This document shows, in pieces, positions 55,149 through 59,081 of a DNA stretch of 59,081 nucleotides. Numbering within the stretch: position 1 is the first letter of the stretch; each line of letters begins with the position of its first letter. This DNA comes from a virus. The DNA lies in IMG/VR virus record IMGVR_UViG_3300029497_000003; one strand, written 5' to 3'. The notes below the pieces were generated by a model. The model searched no databases and was not told the origin of the DNA. It worked only from the letters and a program-made list of their open reading frames with translations. The translations under genes were made by a program, and so were the position numbers.

Positions 55149-55427
55149 TTACTTAAACTTAATATGTTCTATTCCTGTTTCTTCGTAGAGCTGATTAACA
55201 AGTTCTTCCGCTGTGAATAATCCGTCATTGTAGTTATCTATTAGCACCTTAAGCTCTTTTTGCACTTTTGTTAATCTCTGCTGTCCGAAACCAAACTTAT
55301 CGTGTAGTACCCATAAAATTAATATTAATGCTGATTCAAAATTTTTCTTCTGCTGTTCATTGCTAATTCTATTCATCTGAACACGTAACATTTGCTCCTT
55401 GAACTTTTTCTGTTCTGACTTACTCAT
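55149..55427 (-). CDS. hypothetical protein
   Basis: 92 aa ORF. Confidence 0.5.
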   Translation of the reverse strand: MSKSEQKKFKEQMLRVQMNRISNEQQKKNFESALILILWVLHDKFGFGQQRLTKVQKELKVLIDNYNDGLFTAEELVNQLYEETGIEHIKFK

Positions 55428-55611
55428 ACATACTCCTTATTTATCAAGTATTTTGACAATTTTCTTTATTATTTTTTGTACTGAAACTTGGTTTTGAACA
55501 TTTTCTTCTAAAGCTTTTTGCATTTCTTTCAGAATTAAAGTGTGGATATGTATTGAGTGCTCTAATTTTTGTATTCTTTGCATAATTTCATCTTTCTCTT
55601 CTTCCATTTGT

Positions 55612-56256
55612 TCACCGCTTTCTTAAAAATTGATTATCATACCGCCATAAATGCTTGCTATTGTCATTCTTAAGGCTCTTGCCCCTTTCATAATCTGTCT
55701 GCCAACATTTTTGACATAATTGCCCTTGTGGTCTGTCAATAGGCTCTCCGCAGCGATAACACAAGTGATTTTCTTTGCGATATTCTTTTATATTTTGCCT
55801 ATTTTCAGTTCTTTTTCTGTGGATAGCATTATCTTTGCTTTGACATATAAAGCACTTAGCTTTGCCCTTAACAGCTTTAGCCTTGCCACATCTAACACAT
55901 ATGCCAGCTTTTCTACGTTCAGCATATAAGTTTTTTGAATACTGTTTAAATGCTTCATTGTTTTTTCTTCGCTTATCATCACTCAATGGGTGATTAGCTC
56001 TATATACAGCTTTGTTAGCCAAGCATTCCGGGCATATCTTTTCATCACCTGCTAGCTTATTTTTGCGACACTCCGGGCAAATTTTAAACTGTTTGCAAAA
56101 TTCTCTAGTTTCTCTACTATAAGCTGTTTGCTTTTCTCTACATTCTTCACAATAAAAACCTTTTCTATCAAGTGGCTTGCCACATTTAGGACACAATCCA
56201 TTCTCTCGGCGGTAATTATATAATTTTTTCTGTGGACTAATTGGCGTTATTTCCAC
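55612..56256 (-). CDS. protein with four tandem zinc-ribbon modules
   Basis: CPKCG..x..CEEC, CPEC..x..CPEC, CVRCG..x..CFIC, CYRCG..x..CQKC. Confidence 0.6.
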   Translation of the reverse strand: MEITPISPQKKLYNYRRENGLCPKCGKPLDRKGFYCEECREKQTAYSRETREFCKQFKICPECRKNKLAGDEKICPECLANKAVYRANHPLSDDKRRKNNEAFKQYSKNLYAERRKAGICVRCGKAKAVKGKAKCFICQSKDNAIHRKRTENRQNIKEYRKENHLCYRCGEPIDRPQGQLCQKCWQTDYERGKSLKNDNSKHLWRYDNQFLRKR

Positions 56257-56261
56257 TTAAA

Positions 56262-56924
56262 TCAACCTCTCATTCTGTCAATTCTATCTTGTACCTCTTT
56301 GGGTGCTTCAATATAGCCCTCTGAATCTTCTTTGTGACCGATAAGGTTGCTATTTTTGTCATTAAGTGTATTTATACCTCTTTGGAATTTTTGCTCGATT
56401 TGAGCCTTGTACGAATTTGCATTCGTTTTCTCAATAAGTGACTTGATATTGTCTGGCATACGATTGATTTCATTCGCACGCTTAACAACTGTTTCATAAG
56501 TTCTTAGAAAATTAGATTGTATAACTGTTTCTATTGTCTGATAGTCTGATGTAGCCCAGTTTTTGAGGTTATCAGGAATACCGACTGCTTGTCTGACTAA
56601 CGGCGGTAGTTTGTTAAATTCTTCAACTGCCCCATAAGTACCATTCCTTAAAGCCTTGCTAACCAATCCCCACGCCGCCATTCCGTCAAGTTCCTGTGGT
56701 TGCGATACAAGTTTTATTTTTGCAACTATTTCTCCTACACTTGGTGCGAATCCGCTTGTATCAGATGTAACATATGCTTTTAAAGCTATTGATACTTGAT
56801 TGTAGCTGTATTCATCTAACATCATCTGCCACACATCTACTGTTTCAGAAAGATTGTTAGGCTTGTAGTTTGGGTAGCAATCACACATAATGCGAATGAT
56901 TTTAACTGTTTCTTCTCTTGTCAA
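56262..56924 (-). CDS. G39P-like helicase loader
   Basis: TREETVKIIRIMCDCYPNYKP...VDVWQMMLDEYSYNQVSIALKAY...FAPSVGEI. Confidence 0.55.
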   Translation of the reverse strand: MTREETVKIIRIMCDCYPNYKPNNLSETVDVWQMMLDEYSYNQVSIALKAYVTSDTSGFAPSVGEIVAKIKLVSQPQELDGMAAWGLVSKALRNGTYGAVEEFNKLPPLVRQAVGIPDNLKNWATSDYQTIETVIQSNFLRTYETVVKRANEINRMPDNIKSLIEKTNANSYKAQIEQKFQRGINTLNDKNSNLIGHKEDSEGYIEAPKEVQDRIDRMRG

Positions 56925-57484
56925 GCATTCTCACCTGCCCTTACTGATTCAAGTGCTTTAAAAAACTCGCTACCTTTTATCTCTTCAAAGCCATTTTCGC
57001 AGGGAGTTAATGAATTATAGTGATTAGTACTCATACGCAAGTATTGTTTTCCATTGTATTTAAAACTTGTCCTTGAATAGCCACCCATTTTCGTTTCTTT
57101 GAAGTAGTCTCCACACCTCAAAGGATAAGCATTAATAACTATTTCCTTTTCAATACATTCATCTTGAAATTGCTTTAATATTTTGCAGCCTTTTTTAAAC
57201 TTTCTCATACTTTGACCTGCAAACATTTTAGGCTTGTTTAATTGATTGCCAAATTTTTCACTATTTTCCTGTATATCATCAATATACAATTCGATATTAC
57301 TTTTTGTATTTTCCTTAAACGCAACATTAACACTACCATTTCCACGCATATAATAATGATTTCCAATTATTCCTATGCGACTGAAAAAATCTTTGATAAA
57401 TTCTCTTCTGCTTTTTTCTATTACTTCATCACGATGTAACTCTTTTAAATAATCTTCATTTGTAACAACATAAAATTTTTCCAT
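56921..57484 (-). CDS. hypothetical replication-module protein
   Basis: Start MEKFYVV after an AAAGGAG RBS. Confidence 0.5.
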   Translation of the reverse strand: MEKFYVVTNEDYLKELHRDEVIEKSRREFIKDFFSRIGIIGNHYYMRGNGSVNVAFKENTKSNIELYIDDIQENSEKFGNQLNKPKMFAGQSMRKFKKGCKILKQFQDECIEKEIVINAYPLRCGDYFKETKMGGYSRTSFKYNGKQYLRMSTNHYNSLTPCENGFEEIKGSEFFKALESVRAGENA

Positions 57485-57497
57485 TTTCATCGCTCCT

Positions 57498-58319
57498 TTA
57501 TATATTATCCCAGTCAATAGCACCCTTACTAAAATTCTGATTGCCTTGCTTTTCGGAAACGACATTCTGATTAAGGTAACTCTCAAACTTCGTGCCAAAC
57601 AGGGTATCTGGTCTTAAATATCTTTCCCTTTCAGTTCCAAGCCATTCATTAACTTTTTTATCTATGACTGTGTAAAAATCCCGTTCAGTATATCCCTCTT
57701 TGATTCTTGCCCCGATATGCTTTTTAGTATTAGGCGTATTGTATCTATATCTGGTATTACATCTGTTATTTAAGTAACTAATAATATTTATATATATATT
57801 ATTATCTATATTATCTTTCTTTTTATTTACTATATTATTATTAACAGAAACAGAATCAGAAACAGAATCAGAATCAGTATCAGAAACAGATGTCTCCATA
57901 GGGTATGTATACCCTATGTATAGGGTATCGTTTTTAATGGAATCAACCATATCATTAACATATTTTCTAAATTCGTCAGATTTAATATGTTTGGCAACTC
58001 CTAAAACCCCTGCCAAGACTTTCTCTGATTTGCTCCAGTTATACTTATACCAATGTAATATCAGCACTTCTTTGGTTTCTGAATCAAACTTAATAACCTT
58101 ATGTACCTTGTCAAACCTTTCTAATAGTCTGATAATAGTATCTTTGTTATAACCTGTCTGCCTTGTCATTTGCGAATAACTAACCTCGTAACACCCACAT
58201 ATATTTGTCTGTGGATTTGTTAGCAAATATATGTAGAAATACTTGTCCTCTGGCGTAAAATCATCTTCAACCTTGTTATCGGTCCAAAATGATAATTGAA
58301 CATTTCTATATATTGCCAT
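57498..58319 (-). CDS. phage replisome organizer (N-terminal initiator domain plus conserved phage C-terminus)
   Basis: IYRNVQLSFWTDNKV...YFYIYLLTNP and YLNNRCNTRYRYNT...IGARIKEGYTERDF...YLRPDTLFGTKFESYLNQ. Confidence 0.8.
   Translation of the reverse strand: MAIYRNVQLSFWTDNKVEDDFTPEDKYFYIYLLTNPQTNICGCYEVSYSQMTRQTGYNKDTIIRLLERFDKVHKVIKFDSETKEVLILHWYKYNWSKSEKVLAGVLGVAKHIKSDEFRKYVNDMVDSIKNDTLYIGYTYPMETSVSDTDSDSVSDSVSVNNNIVNKKKDNIDNNIYINIISYLNNRCNTRYRYNTPNTKKHIGARIKEGYTERDFYTVIDKKVNEWLGTERERYLRPDTLFGTKFESYLNQNVVSEKQGNQNFSKGAIDWDNI
57778..57895. promoter_or_regulatory. candidate origin of replication inside the organizer gene
   Basis: About 65 bp of nearly pure A/T, followed by cagaaacagaat x2, cagaat, cagtat, cagaaacaga. 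Confidence 0.5.
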
Positions 58320-58354
58320 ATTATTGCTCCTGTTCTTCAAGTTCTGTCACATTG

Positions 58355-58546
58355 TTACCTTACTAAATCGTTGATATTAACCCTAAATCCGTCAAACTCC
58401 TTGCCTTTGCTCCTATTGTAAGTAGCCGTATCAAAGAACATCAAGTTACCCTCTCTGTCCGTTGCCATGCTCACACCGTTCCTTGTAAGACTGCCTTTTA
58501 GCAAGTCAAGGACTATTTGTATTTCCTGTTTTGCATCATCTGTCAT
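58355..58546 (-). CDS. hypothetical protein
   Basis: 63 aa ORF. Confidence 0.5.
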   Translation of the reverse strand: MTDDAKQEIQIVLDLLKGSLTRNGVSMATDREGNLMFFDTATYNRSKGKEFDGFRVNINDLVR

Positions 58547-58548
58547 AG

Positions 58549-59061
58549 TTAATCTCCTTGCTTGATATTCAAATTCTTAAACATAGCACACATAACATCT
58601 ACAACTATGCTGTTACCAAATTGCTTGTATAACTGCGTGTTGCTGTTTACTGCTGCCATTTTGGATATATCCTCGTCTGATACTCCCATCAGACGTCCGC
58701 ATTCTCTCGGTGTTAGTTTTCTAATCCTATATTGTGGCTCAATCACAAGGTTATCTTTCTGCACACTCGTCAAGCAATTACTTGTGCCTTGCATATTTAC
58801 CTCCAATCTCTGTTCTGTTGGGCTTCCCACAGTTCTATCTGACGGATTATCAGGATTTCTACCGCGCATAGCAACTATCTGACTTTCACACACTTTAATC
58901 TGTTGTGTACCGCCACCCTCAACTGTTGTAATGTTGGGGCAAAGTGCATTTTCATCATATACTGTGTTTGATTGGTGCTTGCCTGTGCCATTATCCATAA
59001 ATCCTAATTGCCTTGCTTCAAGAATTTTCGGTTCTTGATTGCCACCTTGCATTGTACTCAA
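58549..59061 (-). CDS. DNA (cytosine-5)-methyltransferase, 3' segment (TRD modules plus motifs IX-X)
   Basis: CPNITTVEGGGTQQ, AMRGRNPDNP...QRLE...SNCLTSVQKDN, RKLTPRECGRLMG (IX), GNSIVVDV (X). Frame stays open upstream to the poly-G tract: CSPTLSTMQGG. Confidence 0.85.
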   Translation of the reverse strand: MSTMQGGNQEPKILEARQLGFMDNGTGKHQSNTVYDENALCPNITTVEGGGTQQIKVCESQIVAMRGRNPDNPSDRTVGSPTEQRLEVNMQGTSNCLTSVQKDNLVIEPQYRIRKLTPRECGRLMGVSDEDISKMAAVNSNTQLYKQFGNSIVVDVMCAMFKNLNIKQGD

Positions 59062-59081
59062 TGTCGGACTACACCCCCCCC
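58983..59081. repeat. second copy of the terminal overlap (= 1-99)
   Basis: Identical by inspection. Confidence 0.95.

Overview
The window is one complete temperate siphovirus-type phage or prophage genome. Bases 1-99 are identical to 58983-59081, so the unique circle is 58,982 bp. It is AT-rich, and its gene families suggest a Firmicutes/Clostridia host (inference). Almost all genes are on the minus strand. In the direction of transcription the modules are: CI/Cro-type immunity switch (11.7-12.5 kb); antirepressor; recombination genes (RecT, MBL-fold nuclease, SMC-like ATPase, two SSB-type proteins); a GIY-YIG nuclease; a cytosine-5 DNA methyltransferase that crosses the circular junction; replication genes (replisome organizer with internal ori-like repeats, G39P-like loader); a large serine integrase; an integrase-proximal cargo cassette; an IS1182-family insertion; a small plus-strand island; terS; a roughly 7 kb accessory island (MazG, tRNA-Gln, a roughly 445 nt structured non-coding region, a degenerate tRNA, HNH, RtcB); then terL, portal, capsid, tail and GH25 endolysin. 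The observations most worth follow-up are: (1) the six-gene cargo cassette of Q/N/M-rich, Gly-rich membrane and Cys-rich jelly-roll-like proteins; (2) the tRNA-flanked structured RNA; (3) a roughly 340 nt group-I-like intron splitting the tape-measure gene; (4) the frame-broken multi-TRD methyltransferase carrying (AGCAG)6, G7 and G9 tracts; (5) twin operator-containing outward promoters around an XRE gene, together with two tRNA-like acceptor/T-arm minihelices. All functional calls come from reading motifs by eye. No database search was run.
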